Assembly (NCBI GenBank): GCA_951406725.2
Contig: OX597820.1
Location: 109,988,001-110,052,000, forward strand
Length of the DNA: 64,000 bases
Source: Octopus vulgaris
Taxonomy: Eukaryota
Direction of reading: 5' to 3'
Positions 13,547 to 25,841 of the stretch are shown one piece after another. Each line of letters opens with the position of its first letter. Within the stretch, counting starts at the first letter, position 1. Under the pieces are notes generated by a model, which saw nothing but the letters and a program-made list of their open reading frames with translations, ran no database searches and was not told where the DNA came from. The translations under genes and the position numbers were made by a program.

Positions 13547-13915
13547 TTTAAATACTGCTGGATCTCATAAGGTATTGGAATCTTACATTGTTTATAAACT
13601 CTATATTTGGAAGGACCCGTTTTACATTCTGTTGGATTTTACTCATAAGGTATTGGAATCTTACATATATACCATTCTGCTTAAAAAATGGATCTATAAC
13701 TTCAATACCCCTACATATCTTACATCTATTTTCTTTCCTCCACCTCACTCTCTATTTTGTATCTTATATAAACTATTACTTCACCATCCTCTCACACTGT
13801 CTCTGATGAAGGGATATAATTAATAAATATCCTGGAAACAGCTGTAAGACCTATCTATAAATGTTCTAATATCTACACAGCCTTGGTTTTTTTATCTCAT
13901 TACACAAAAAAATTC
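13547..13915 (+). mobile_element. Penelope-pLTR/retrozyme-like repeat; second copy at ~42430-42805
   Basis: The two copies are colinear over ~350 bp and both carry a hammerhead-like motif. Confidence 0.6.
13799..13850 (+). ncRNA. Type I hammerhead ribozyme motif
   Basis: GTCT-CTGATGA-A-GGGATAT...ATATCCT-G-GAAAC-AGCT-GTA-AGAC: intact catalytic boxes, stems I and II, palindromic stem III. Confidence 0.75.
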
Positions 13916-15400
13916 TTGTGTGTGTGTGTATTATATTGTTTCAAATTTGTGTGAATGTGTATAGAATAATATATCAGTTGAATAAAGTTAAAAGATGGTC
14001 TGGTTTTCACCTTTTTATTATAGTATTTTAACATTTAAAAAATACTGTGTAATGCTCATAAAGTTAAATTAGCACTACATAGAGTAATCATCGGATTTCA
14101 AATGTGTTTAACTCACAGTTGAGTTCTTGACATCTTTAGTACCTCTTAGAATGCTCCAACAAGCTGAATTTTTAGAATATGGTTTTGACCAATCTGCATG
14201 CATCTTAAATATCATGGTTTGCCAGACATACCCATATTCTGTACTTTGTTTATATTCATGTTTATGCCATGTAAAAAATCAACCAGCTTGTTGTTGGAAT
14301 TAGGAAGGGTATCCAGCCTTAGAAACCATACATACCAAGGCAGACAGTAGAAATTGGCACAGTCTTCTGATTTGCTAGTTCCTTTCAAATTGTCCAACCC
14401 AAGCTGATATAGAAGGAGGATGATAATGGAGGATAATGGTGATAAATATATATATATTTATATATATTTATATAGAGATGGCCAGATAACCGAAGAGATG
14501 GTGTTGTGGATTTCCACTTCGGCATCTGAAACTCAGAGTTTTATCTTGAATATTGAGTAATTGTAACATATTATTTTATAGATATATTTATATATTAATA
14601 TTATTAATTATAAAGACTATGGAGACTTGTATATCTGCAAAATTTATTTTATAGTTATACATAGCATATTATAATGACCTGCACATGTTTCTGTTGCAGT
14701 AACTACTCACTTTTGCAAATGCAATCTTGCAATATTTTCGGCACAGCTTCATCAGGGTTTGTCCATTTGGTCATCCTCAAAGTGAACTAACTGAAGTAAA
14801 TTTTCGTTAGTTGGGGTGCTGTTATTTATAGGTATGTGCTGGTGATCTCAACTTTACCCCAGTTTCTGTCTGAAGTTTGGGCTTGGTCTTGAAATAGGTT
14901 AAGGCTAAGATTATTGTTTTTGTAAGGCTCTTTGTTCATTTTAATGCTGGTGTGTGTTATGTTTTTGATTTCAAATGTAGTGCTTCTATTGAAGGGTTCA
15001 TGTTTGTTTGTATTCATTTTTTGGTTGGGCTGCTCATGATTTGTGTTACACATTGGGTAGGGTGGGTTTTTTTTTATTATTAATGATGGTTATTAAATAT
15101 TTTTATGTTTAGGTTATGTTACTCCATTTGTTATATCAAGCTCCATTGTTACTGGAGCGTTGGCTCTCTAGAATTATCTCTATATCTCTTAAAGATCTGA
15201 CTGTGTTTGTGAAACATCTTAGGGCTTGTTCATGTCTTGTATTAATTAATGTGCCTTGATGTAAATATTTGGTAAAGTTCCTCTACACACAAGTCGCATC
15301 TGTTTTCTGCTATTCAATAAAGCTTGCTAAGCCTTATCAAATAGGGGAAAATAGATGCTAAGCAATATCTACTAAAGGGTGTATGTACATACTTATATAC

Positions 15401-15621
15401 ACAACTTCCCATGGACAGTGTTTGCTCAAGTGCCTTTTCTCACTCTGTCCAGTGTCCTTAGCAGACAAGCCCTATGACTTTTACACAGTGACTTTTACAT
15501 GTATATACATACAAGGATCAAGAGGTAAGATCACAGTGCAAAAGTCATAGGGATTGCCTGCTAAGGACACTGGATAGAGTGAGAAAAGGTACCTGAGCAA
15601 ACACCATCCATGGGAAGTTGT
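15401..15621. repeat. Fold-back inverted repeat (MITE-like)
   Basis: ACAACTTCCCATGG...CCTATGACTTTT pairs with AAAAGTCATAGG...CCATGGGAAGTTGT; arms ~95 bp. Confidence 0.8.
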
Positions 15622-16806
15622 CCTTCCTGATGTTAGCTGTGACTCATTGCTTGTCAACCCCAAATAACTTTAAAATCTGGGGCAAAGTAAACTTATCCTG
15701 CAAGCAGTGTGGAGCAACTCTTTGCACTTTAGAACACATGACTGGAAGCCGTCGGGCACTGGGAAAAGCCAATGCAAGTGGAGGAATAACAAAGACCTAA
15801 ATGAAATTACCAAGTGGATGGGCCTGCAGAGACCTTCAGCTTTTATTGAGAAATTTGTAGATGGTATATGTAGGAGAATATCCAACATATCTTTCAGCAG
15901 AGATATTTTCAATTATTTTACTTTTCTTACAATGACACTAACCAGAAGTGAAGTTAATGAGGAAACAGTATATAATGAACACCCTTCCACATAAGAACAC
16001 AATCAGGAAAAAATAAATAATTTGCTTCAACCCACCCTACGACATAACTAAAAATTTCCTGTCTCATAAGCACTCATTTCTCATTTACACATAAATATTG
16101 CAAACTATTTAACAAGAACAGCATTAAACCAAGCTATAATTGTTGAGATAGCTTCTGATATCTCACATCTAAGAAACACCCAGCCGTTCCCATTCCAACT
16201 ACCAGCTTGCAACTTTAGAACCACCCAGAACTGACCATTGATATATAAAGTAAAACTGTGGCTAGAACTTATGGGGAATAGCTTTGAGATCAGATGCAGC
16301 CAGCATGGACATTCACTTAGGTCCAATGATAGATTTAATTTCACCTTTCTGTCTCAATCTGTCCTGAAAGAGTAGTGGAATTGCATAATAACCTGGCATA
16401 TCATAACAGCCTGGAGTATTTTAGACATAGCAGCCTATTGTTTTGTTTTGTGTTTTTTCTAAGCAGTTCTGATATTTTGACACAAACACCAGCATTGTTA
16501 AAGAGAAAAGTTCAAAATTCTATCTTTCAGTTATCATGGATTAAAAAAATGTCTGTTTATAATATTCCAGATCTAGTCAGACAAGATTCTATCATTATAG
16601 ATCACTCAGTTTCTGTTCCCTCCTCTTCATATAATAATCTGCAGACTAGACACAGGGAGTTATTCCCCAGTCTCAATGGTTCCCACAAATGTATGCTTTA
16701 GCTTACTATCTGATTGGCATCGATCAAGAAAAGTCAATCAAGTCTCTTAACCTTTTCGTTGCTTGAGTGATAGAATGAATCATTAGTCTTTCTTTGTGTG
16801 TGAGTA

Positions 16807-19355
16807 CAGTAATCCCTCGCCTATTGCAGGTGTTATGTTCCAAAAAACCCTTCAATAGGTGAAAATCCATAAAGTAAAAACAGTAACGTACTATTTATCT
16901 AAGAAATTTTTTTTTCATAATTTGGCACCTATAATAGTCTTCTACTATTGCCTCAGGCCGACCAAAGCCTTGTGAGTGGATTTGATAGATGGAAACTGAA
17001 AGAAGCTTGTTGTATATACATGTGTGTTTGTCCTCCCACCATTGCTTGACAACTGATGCTGGCTGTTTACGTCCCCATAATGTAGCGGTTCAGCAAAAGA
17101 GACCGATAAAATTAGGCTTACAAAGCCTACTTATTCTTTGTAGGCTTACAAAGAATAAGTCCTGGAGTCGATTTGACTCAAATGACTGAAACAAATAGAA
17201 GAATAAAAGAATATTTAAGCTTTTATGAACTCTCCCCACACTCTTGGGAGTACCCGTGTCTTCTCATTTTTCTGTGGGTGAGAAACATAGTGATGGGCAG
17301 TTGCTGGTGTTACCTTTTCTTCTGTGCAAGGAAGTTTTTAAAAACTTCCATGGCTCCATCAATTGCATTGCAATGCACGAATCATCAGGAGGTCTTAATC
17401 TTCTACCATTCTCTGAAGTTCTTCTGCCATTTTTGCTAGAGTTGAGTGGCATTCTAGTGACAGGCTGACTTCTTTCCCTGGATCCTCTTGTTCTTCTTCT
17501 TCCTTCTCACTTGCTCACTTCTTCATCTCTCTCAGATCTTCATTCATTAATGGATTTGAGTGGGCCTTGATCAGATTATTAACATCTTCGGTAGTCATAT
17601 CAGTGAAACGATCTCCTCCTAACAATTTTGCCATCTTCACTGCCTTATCTTCTGCAGAGTGGAGGATTTGTCAGGAGAGAATCCTTTATAGTCGTGGACC
17701 ACTTCTGACCACAATTTCTTGCAGCTAGCATTTAAAGTTTCATTCTTCATCTCCTTTTTGGCCTTCTGAATATTTTGGAGACATGTTACAATGGTATACT
17801 CATGCCGGTACTCCTTCAGTGAGAAGTTATCATCTGAGTCCATAGCCTTGATCAAGTGTTGTAGGAAGTTTCACGTATAGAGCACCTTAAAAGCACAAAT
17901 AATGCCTTGATCCATGTGCTGGAGCAGTAATGTAGTGATCGGCAGTAAGAATTTGACTTTTATGCCCTCATACAACAAGTCGAGCGCGTGATCTCCAGCA
18001 TTGTCCATTAGGAGAAGCATTTTCAATTCCAGTCCTTTTCAGTGAAATAAACCTTGACTTCATGGATGAAGTACTGGTGAAACCAATCCAATATCAGTGG
18101 TTTCATTATCGATGCCTTCTGGTTGTGCGTCCAATGCACTGGAGCAAGTTCTTATTTCTGTTTTTGAGGTCCCTTGAGTTTTTGGACTTATAAATAAACC
18201 CTGGCTTTATCATAAAACCCACAGCAATTCCACACATAACTGTGACACTATTTTTATATGCCTTAAATTCAGGGGCTCTAGCCTCCTCCTTCAAAATAAA
18301 AGTCTGTGATGGCATCCATTTCCAAAAGAGACCAGTCTCATCCATATTGAAAACTTGTTCGTGCAAATATCTCCCTTCCTCAATGATAGTCTTAAACATT
18401 TCATTCACATACTCCTCAGCTGTGGGTTTGTCAGCAGAGGCAGCTTCTCCTTGCTGGGACACACTTTTAGGGTTGAACCTCCTTTGCAATTTATCAAACC
18501 AGCCCTTGCTGGCATTAAGTTCAGTTGGTTTGGTGGGTGATGCCTTAGATGGTCCTGTTTCAGGGTCATCTGAGTTGTCATCCCTGCCATTGGTAAACTT
18601 GCTGTACAGCTGTCTGGCCTTCTCACAGATGGTGTTAGTATCCAGAGCAATGTTCTTCCTGCAGTCACTGAGCCAAAGAGCTAATGCAGACTCCATCTTT
18701 ACAATGGCCTTATTGCAGGAAGTTACCATCCTTTTCGCTGTCTTGTTAAAAATCCCTTTTGCCATCACCCATATATTTTTTCCAGCCTTCTTAATGTAGC
18801 AAACAGTAGATTCTTTGATGCCATAATGGTGGCCTACATCCACATACCTTCTCCCTTCCATGTTGAGGAGTCTCACCTTCTCTGCTTTAGCAAGCATCTT
18901 TCTCTGGTGCTCGGGTTCACTGCCAGAAGCCTTAGAAGGTGCAGAACATTTGGGCAACATCGCAGGGATTGAAATAAATTCACAATTTTACACACAAATG
19001 CAAAACAACACCACACACTTGCCTCCCGAGTTTCGTTCTCCACACAGTATGTGTGATTCTTTGTTTACTCATCTATGGTACACTATGTATTTTCTTTTAA
19101 TATATTTTAATTAATGTATTATACAGTGCAGTACTGTACTGTATATTTATTTATTAATTTATTAATTTTTAGGCATGAAAATGCTTATTTTAGCATAGAA
19201 ATAAGTAAAATCTAAAAAAATATTAATCACTATCAACCGCAGAAACCTGCGATATACTGAGGAGTCAAAGATATAAATTTACATTTATTAGCCAGAAAAA
19301 TCTGCAGTGTACTGAGGGCATGATAGGTGAACAATGATATGGTGAGTGATTATTG
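16807..19355 (-). mobile_element. Tigger/pogo DNA transposon (degenerate), with a SINE inserted at ~16930-17215
   Basis: TA|CAGTAATCCCTCG left end and GAGTGATTATTG|TA right end. ORF 18106-18960 has CENP-B-type HTH, ASKGWF and VFNMDETGLFWK motifs; the 3' part is frameshifted. Confidence 0.85.
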
Positions 19356-19454
19356 TATATATGAGGGAAATATAGAATTGCTTAGGTAGATACGAAATAA
19401 AACTTAAATGTTTTATGTGCATACATGCATGCATGCATACATACATAAGCACAT

Positions 19455-19521
<67 letters not shown>

Positions 19522-19535
19522 TACATACATACATA

Positions 19536-21151
19536 CAGTTGCGGCCAAAATGTTCAGAACGGCATTGTTTTCGTCAGAAAAGTAGGTATAAGTTTTTATC
19601 AAAGTTGTTTTATATTCTATACTTTTCACAGACAATAAATACAATATTAATTGTTATTGTCTGAGATTTTGGTGTAATTTGAGAGGATAATACAAAAGTT
19701 ATGGATGATTTAGTGATTTACTGCAAAACCCATGGCGGCCAAAATGATCAGAACGGTTGAAAAAATAACAAAATAATCAAAAATGACAGAGAATACTGGA
19801 ATCATTTAATATTTAGTGTGAAGCCCTTTAGCTTCAATCACACTCTAACATCTTCAACTGCATGAGGAAATTAAATTTTCACTTTCTTGCTGGGTGATCT
19901 TATTCCATTCTTCCTGAAGGGCATTCCATATTTGCTCAGTTGTTTTAGGATTTCTGGCTTTCGAACGTTCTCCTAGAATATTCCACACATTTTCAATAGG
20001 ATTGAGATCTGGGCTTTGAGCTGGCCAATCCATTACAATAACCTTTTCAGCCTTGAGGAAGTTCATGACCATCTTAGCCTTGTGACATGGGGCATTGTCC
20101 TGCATGAATATGGGTGGTCGCTTAGTTGAATTTCTCAGCACAGACAAGACATGATCTTTTACAAGTTGTTTATAAACTCCTGCATTTAACTTTCCATGTA
20201 ATCGCACCAAAGGGCCCACACCATCTCCAGATATCATTCCCCAAACCATGACACTTCCTCCACCGAATTTAACACTAGTTTTAAGGCATTTAGGCAACAA
20301 TTTTTCACCTACTTTTCTACGAACGTACCTTTTTCCATCTGAGCCAAATAGCATAAACTTAGATTCATCACTGAAATGCACCGTTTGCCATTTTTCTTGA
20401 GACCACAACACATGTTCGGTTGCAAAGGTAAGACGACAATTTTTATTCTTGGAGCTGATCAGTGGCTTCACTGCAGGTGCTCTTGCTTGTAGGTCATGTT
20501 CAACTAAATGACGAGACACAGTTTTTCGAGATAAAGTTTTCTTCAATACAATGCTCATTTTCCGAGAAACAGCAGCAGCAGTTTTAAATCTGTCCTTTTT
20601 AACCAACTTTACCATAGCACGATCTTCTCTCTTGGTCGTTTTTCTTCGCCTACCTGTAAACATTCTTGCTTCACACGAACCACAATCATCGTAGACCTTA
20701 AGAATACCGTGTACAACACTTTTTGACTTGCAATAGATCCAATACTTAAATTATCCTTCCTTCGAAGCTTAATAATCTGCTGACGAATTGGTAATGGAGT
20801 AAGTGGCATTATATTAACAAAGTACACTGCAAATATTCTTACTAATGTTTAGTAAACGAACAGTCACGTAAACAAATTCAAAACATTAGAGTTCGCCGGT
20901 TAAATATACTAAAACACGGAGTAAAAGCAACCGTTCTGATCATTTTGGCTGCCATGGGTTTTGCAGTAAATCACTAAATCATCCATAACGTTTGTATTAT
21001 CCTCTCAAATTACACCAAAATCTCAGGCAATAACAAATAATATCGTATTTATTGTCTGTGAAAATTATAGAATATAAAACAACTTTGATAAAAAATTATA
21101 TCTACTTTTCTGATGAAAACAATGCCGTTCTGAACATTTTGGCTGCAACTG
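19536..21151 (-). mobile_element. Tc1 (DD34E) transposon with ~220-bp IR/DR terminal repeats and TA target duplication
   Basis: TA|CAGTTGCGGCCAAAATGTTCAGAACGG...CCGTTCTGAACATTTTGGCTGCAACTG|TA. Inner DR at ~19735-19756. Confidence 0.95.
19806..20809 (-). pseudogene. Tc1 transposase, disrupted
   Basis: ATG at 20809 (MPLTPLPIRQQII), frameshift near 20725, then FSDESKF, QDNAPCH and SPDLNPIE with D-34-E spacing. Premature stops precede ...GLHTKY*. Confidence 0.9.
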
Positions 21152-21699
21152 TACATACAAACAAAAATCATCAATTCAGTGCAAACATAACAAATCTGAT
21201 ATTGTTCTATGGGACAGGGAATAAATGTCATGTTGTAGCAGTCTGCTGCCAAGTAGATGTGAATATACAATCAAAAGTCCAGGAAAAAGATAATGTTCAT
21301 GGCCAAATTAATGCAGCTCTTGTACTCTGACTATGAATTCTCATTTGTACCTACCATCACAAGTGCATTAGTTTATGTACTACAAATTTGCACAAAAACC
21401 TAGAAATACTCAATTTCATGCAAAAAGAGCAAAAGAAACACAGATTCTCCAAATCCAATCTATTAGTGGCACACTGAAGATTTGTAAGACATTCCAAAAT
21501 TTCTCCTTCTGTGATTTTTACGTGAATAGATGCACACACTTGGGTGTATGCATCGACAGTTCAACCAATATACCAACTCAACCACATATTTACAAACACC
21601 AGGAACTCTCTTAACTAAAAACGTTTTGTCGCAACTGGCTTGAACTCTCTCTAGAAGAACTAAAATTAAACTTAAAGAAAAGTCAGACAGATAAATAAA

Positions 21700-22650
21700 T
21701 AATACAAATGAGGAATGGATTTGTTGATATTGTACAGCTTACAGTTGTTTCAATATAACATGCATTATAAGATGGATGGAAGCAATAATATTGTCATATC
21801 GATTATATAATGTGCATTACATAATGATAGACCCACAGCCATTTAGTTGTAACCTAGTAAATAAACAAAATTCAGTTACAAATTGGATATATAGGAAAAT
21901 CCCAATAATCTTATGGAGACTGTTAGCTGATTCTGGAAGGAGAAGTTAATGTTAGAAGTTTCAACCTCTTAAGAAAACTAAGGCATCCATCTAAGATCCT
22001 TTTGTATGCTCACAAAATTGGAAATTCATACAATATAAATATTGACTCTTATAATAACTTGATCTATAAAGAGCTATGTAGTTGCTATAAGCATAAGCCT
22101 ACCTCTAAGTTGAACTAAATCAACTGTATAAGTCTCAATATTGTTATAAACTTTGTCTAGCTGAGAGGGCTGAATCCTATGCACCTAGGGCACCATGTAT
22201 AAACCCTAAGTTTGAGTGCAAACCTACAGTTAGGCTTATCTGCCCATCTAAATTAGTTAAAAACTTATAGAAAGAACAATTACTATGTTTAAATCTAAAA
22301 CTGCACTTGGGAACTTGGAAGATAAATTTTTACAATTGGATATTTCCAACAACTATTCATGTATAATTCCTATCTGCCTTAACAAAGTTATTTGCTTTCT
22401 CTATGAGAAACTCACACCTGTCTCAATCTGATTGAGAATGCCATAATACTAGCCTCTAAAAAGACTAATTAAATTCAATAATAAACTTTAGACCCATAGG
22501 GATAAACACAAGAACTTCTATATTACCATGGTGATTCTGCACAGTTTACCAATCTTGTTGGTATATACTTGCTATAATAACTTAAATGCTAATTTTTGGC
22601 CTATACAGAGATGACACTCTATTCTCTACCTATAGGACAGAATAAGAATT
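21700..22650 (+). mobile_element. Highly degenerate Penelope-like fragments
   Basis: GLYRDDTLF (Penelope RT motif) at ~22598 and a GYIGKS-like stretch at ~21885; no intact frame. Confidence 0.4.
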
Positions 22651-22654
22651 AGAA

Positions 22655-22838
22655 AACCCTTTTGTTACCATATTTTGGTCAACATATCCTGCCTTTGTTT
22701 CACTTAATTTTTGAAATAATGAAGTATTATCAAGCTTAGGTTTGGAACAAATTAGCATAAAACTTTTATGGAAAATTGTAATTTAGACTACTTTAGAACC
22801 TGGGACAGTCTCAGATGGGTTGGTATCAAAAGGGCTAA
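22655..22838. mobile_element. piggyBac-like non-autonomous element
   Basis: CCCTTTTTGTTACCA...TGGTATCAAAAGGG termini, with a degenerate TTAA site (CTAA on the right). Confidence 0.55.
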
Positions 22839-23406
22839 GCTTTTAAAGAACTTTGCACTTTCTATTACAATAACTGAGAATTACAGACATTCATGTTCAA
22901 ATCTGTCAAAATATCTGAAAAAATAGATAGATGCATTATTGTTTGGATACATACTGTTCTGTGTACACCCCATGAATTATACATTTTTCTTTCTAAAATT
23001 CAGGATTTAAAGATTTAGATTTGACACTTGTGAATTTAATGTTATTTAATTCATGTCTGGGAGGCTAGCTGACTATTTTAAATCAGAAGACTGAGCTTCA
23101 TATCTGTTTACAACTGAAATTCCTGTACTAAAGGCTATTTTTGGTGATTGTTATTTGGACTGAATAATGTTTACAGAAACTAATTTCAATTGTCACTTAT
23201 AGTAGAAGAGTAAACTCAAATTCCTGGACAAAAGAGAAGTGACAGGGAGTGTAAATTTGCTCTTAAAAAGTTGTCATGGTTTAAAAGTTTACAAACTTGC
23301 ATTTTAATTGATTGCATCCACCATTGAAATTGTGCTGATGTTTGTAATCAATATGTACCAATTTATCAATGTGCAACCTTTATAAAATGAATCATGTTTC
23401 TTGTAG

Positions 23407-23487
23407 GGAGATGAGGAAAAAGCTCATGGGTCAGAACCAATGCCTATGATGGACCGAGAAAAAAGAAATATTCTACCAGAAACTCAG
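23407..23487 (+). CDS. PDE10A/pde-5-like exon (GDEEKAHGSEPMPMMDREKRNILPETQ)
   Basis: ttgtag acceptor and CAG/GTT donor. 81 nt. GD.E and PMMDR motifs plus the invariant Gln. Confidence 0.95.
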
Positions 23488-23509
23488 GTTAAATAATTTC
23501 TGTTGAGCT

Positions 23510-25270
23510 TGCTTTTTCCCTTGATTTAGACTAAATTTGGCATGCTGATTTCAAAACTACAGTCAATTTTCTTATATCATGTCAAGTTTTTTTGTTTTTT
23601 TTCTAGACCTTACTCTCTGAATAAGCACAATCATCTTTCTTTTGTCTGTAAGTAATAGGGTTGGTCAGCTGCTTTTATTATTTTATTGCTAATACTGGGG
23701 AACATTTTCGAAAAAACTTTTAGTTGTCTTGCTTTTTGAAATTAGTCCTACTAAATTTGATGGTGCTGGGTTCAGAAATACCCTTAGAAATGTTCTATCA
23801 TGTCAAATTTGTTGGTAAACAGGAATTAATTTTTTTACTAAAAAATGTCAATTTTGCCATTAAATGCAATACTGAAATAAAAAAATAACACAAACATTTA
23901 GGATAGATATTTCTGTCGAACTGGAGTTTCAGCTATACAAGGAGTGGGCTTTCTCTTTGTTACTTTGCATGAATAACTTGCATCACAACAGTCTCTTTGC
24001 AAAGACTGGCAGTAGTCAGCCATCATATTTGTGTCCCATCTACCTTGATGTTTCACTGGTCTTCATGTCTTGGTGGAATCTTTCTCCTTGCTCATCACTT
24101 ATTGCCCTATGATTTTCATGTAAGTAGTCCATTTCACTTTGCAGGAAATGCACTCATGTCGCAGCCCAGTGCTTGAAAACTGGTTAACAGGGTCTTCACA
24201 AGTTCTTAATAATTTCATGGTTTCCTGTTTCCCAGGAAATAAGACACAACTGCAGCAAAAGCATTCCATGCTCGTTATGCAACACCAGACATGGTCACTA
24301 AAAACTGCTTGTCCTGCAATAGCCACCTAATCTGTGATCCGTCAAACACACAAATCTTAGTTTTCTCAAGCTGGAAACTTCTGCTTAAGTATTTGAAACA
24401 GTTACTGTCTCAGTGTTTCAACACATTTTACACACTATACAGGGTGCTCAGACTTTCTCTTGATCACACAGTTTCATGTCAAAGTAAGTAAGGTAAGCTT
24501 TTTTCACAAAATCTGTGATTTTGTTTTGCTGCCTAGGTAAAGGGTAACATCCAGAAATATAGCACAAGACATTGCGGTTGTTTTTACCTTTTCTTCTCTA
24601 ACAACTGGCCATATTTCTGGAATACAAAATATATTCAAGCTAGTCATCACCTGGGAGAAGCATTTTCAGATCTGTCAACAGTTATAAAAGGAAACAAATG
24701 CAGATTTGTGATAGCAAAGTTCCATGGAGTTCTTTCTACAGTCTTTTGACCATGCTTACAAAAAGTGAATTTGACCCATGTGACCTCACAATAAAAATAT
24801 TAAGAGTGCATTCAAAAAAATTTTTCGTAAGAAATATTGAAAGGTTTGACAAAATATGTCTCACCTGGTTTGCAGTGATAGTCACTAAATTGAGCACAAT
24901 GAGGGCACATGTGCAGACAAATTCCACAAATATGAGACGTGTGATGTCAAGGACCACAGAAATATATTATTTATTAACATCTAACTGTAAAAGAACATTT
25001 CTGTCATCATCAAGAAATTTAAAACTGAGTGGATTGGAAATGGTGGAAGTTGCTCGAGTTTGCTGCATTTTATTTACTGGAGATATTTAAATCATGACTT
25101 TTGTTTTCACTTTTGTAGTTGCATTTATTTTAAATGATATTGAAAAACTATGTGATAGAGCAAAATGGATTGATTTCATTTTTAAAATCAACACTACAAA
25201 ATTATTAGGAAACATGTCACCAACACCAGACAACAAAAGTTATGGGCCCTTTTTTAGAATTTCATCAGGA
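23510..25270 (-). mobile_element. DNA transposon remnant, probably Chapaev3/CMC-type
   Basis: Minus strand ~24010-24110 reads LGAISDEQGERFHQDMK...QGRWDTNMMADYC. Family assignment is from memory and the boundaries are rough. Confidence 0.5.
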
Positions 25271-25752
25271 CAAGTTGAAAAATCATTGATGTTGGATTCA
25301 AAACCACTGATACATCTGCCCATATATTGTAAATCATAAGGTACGAAGTACTTGGCTAGAGAGTTATCTCGCTTGTCAACACACACCTAGCCACTTGTAT
25401 ACACATGTTCTCACACACCTATACGCATACACATACATATGGACACCTGTAACTGCAAGAACTAATGGAGAAATGAAAGAGAGTAAAAGAGGGAAGAGGA
25501 GTAAAAGAAAGAAAGAAGAGCAGGAAAAATTCCCAAAGACTTCTGAAATCCTAAAAAGATTTAGTAAAATTTATATGGAAAAATTCTGATGAAAATTGAA
25601 TATTTAAAAATTTTCGGGTCAAAAACTTACAAGGGTAAGATGAAGTTGTTTCTCTGGATGAAAAAAGGCTGTGAATTTTCTCTTGCAGATGCACTATTAA
25701 GATTATATTTTGAAACATGAGAACAAAATGTTAAAATGCTATCTGATTTCAG

Positions 25753-25841
25753 GTTGGATTCCTTTCTTTTATTTGTTTACCATGTTATCAGCTGATGTCA
25801 GATCTACTCCCAGAAACCACCACCATGGTCAATGGAGTTAA
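25753..25841 (+). CDS. PDE10A/pde-5-like exon (VGFLSFICLPCYQLMSDLLPETTTMVNGV-K)
   Basis: tttcag acceptor and GTAAGT donor. 89 nt, ends in phase 2. Continues the Q/VGF motif. Confidence 0.95.
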
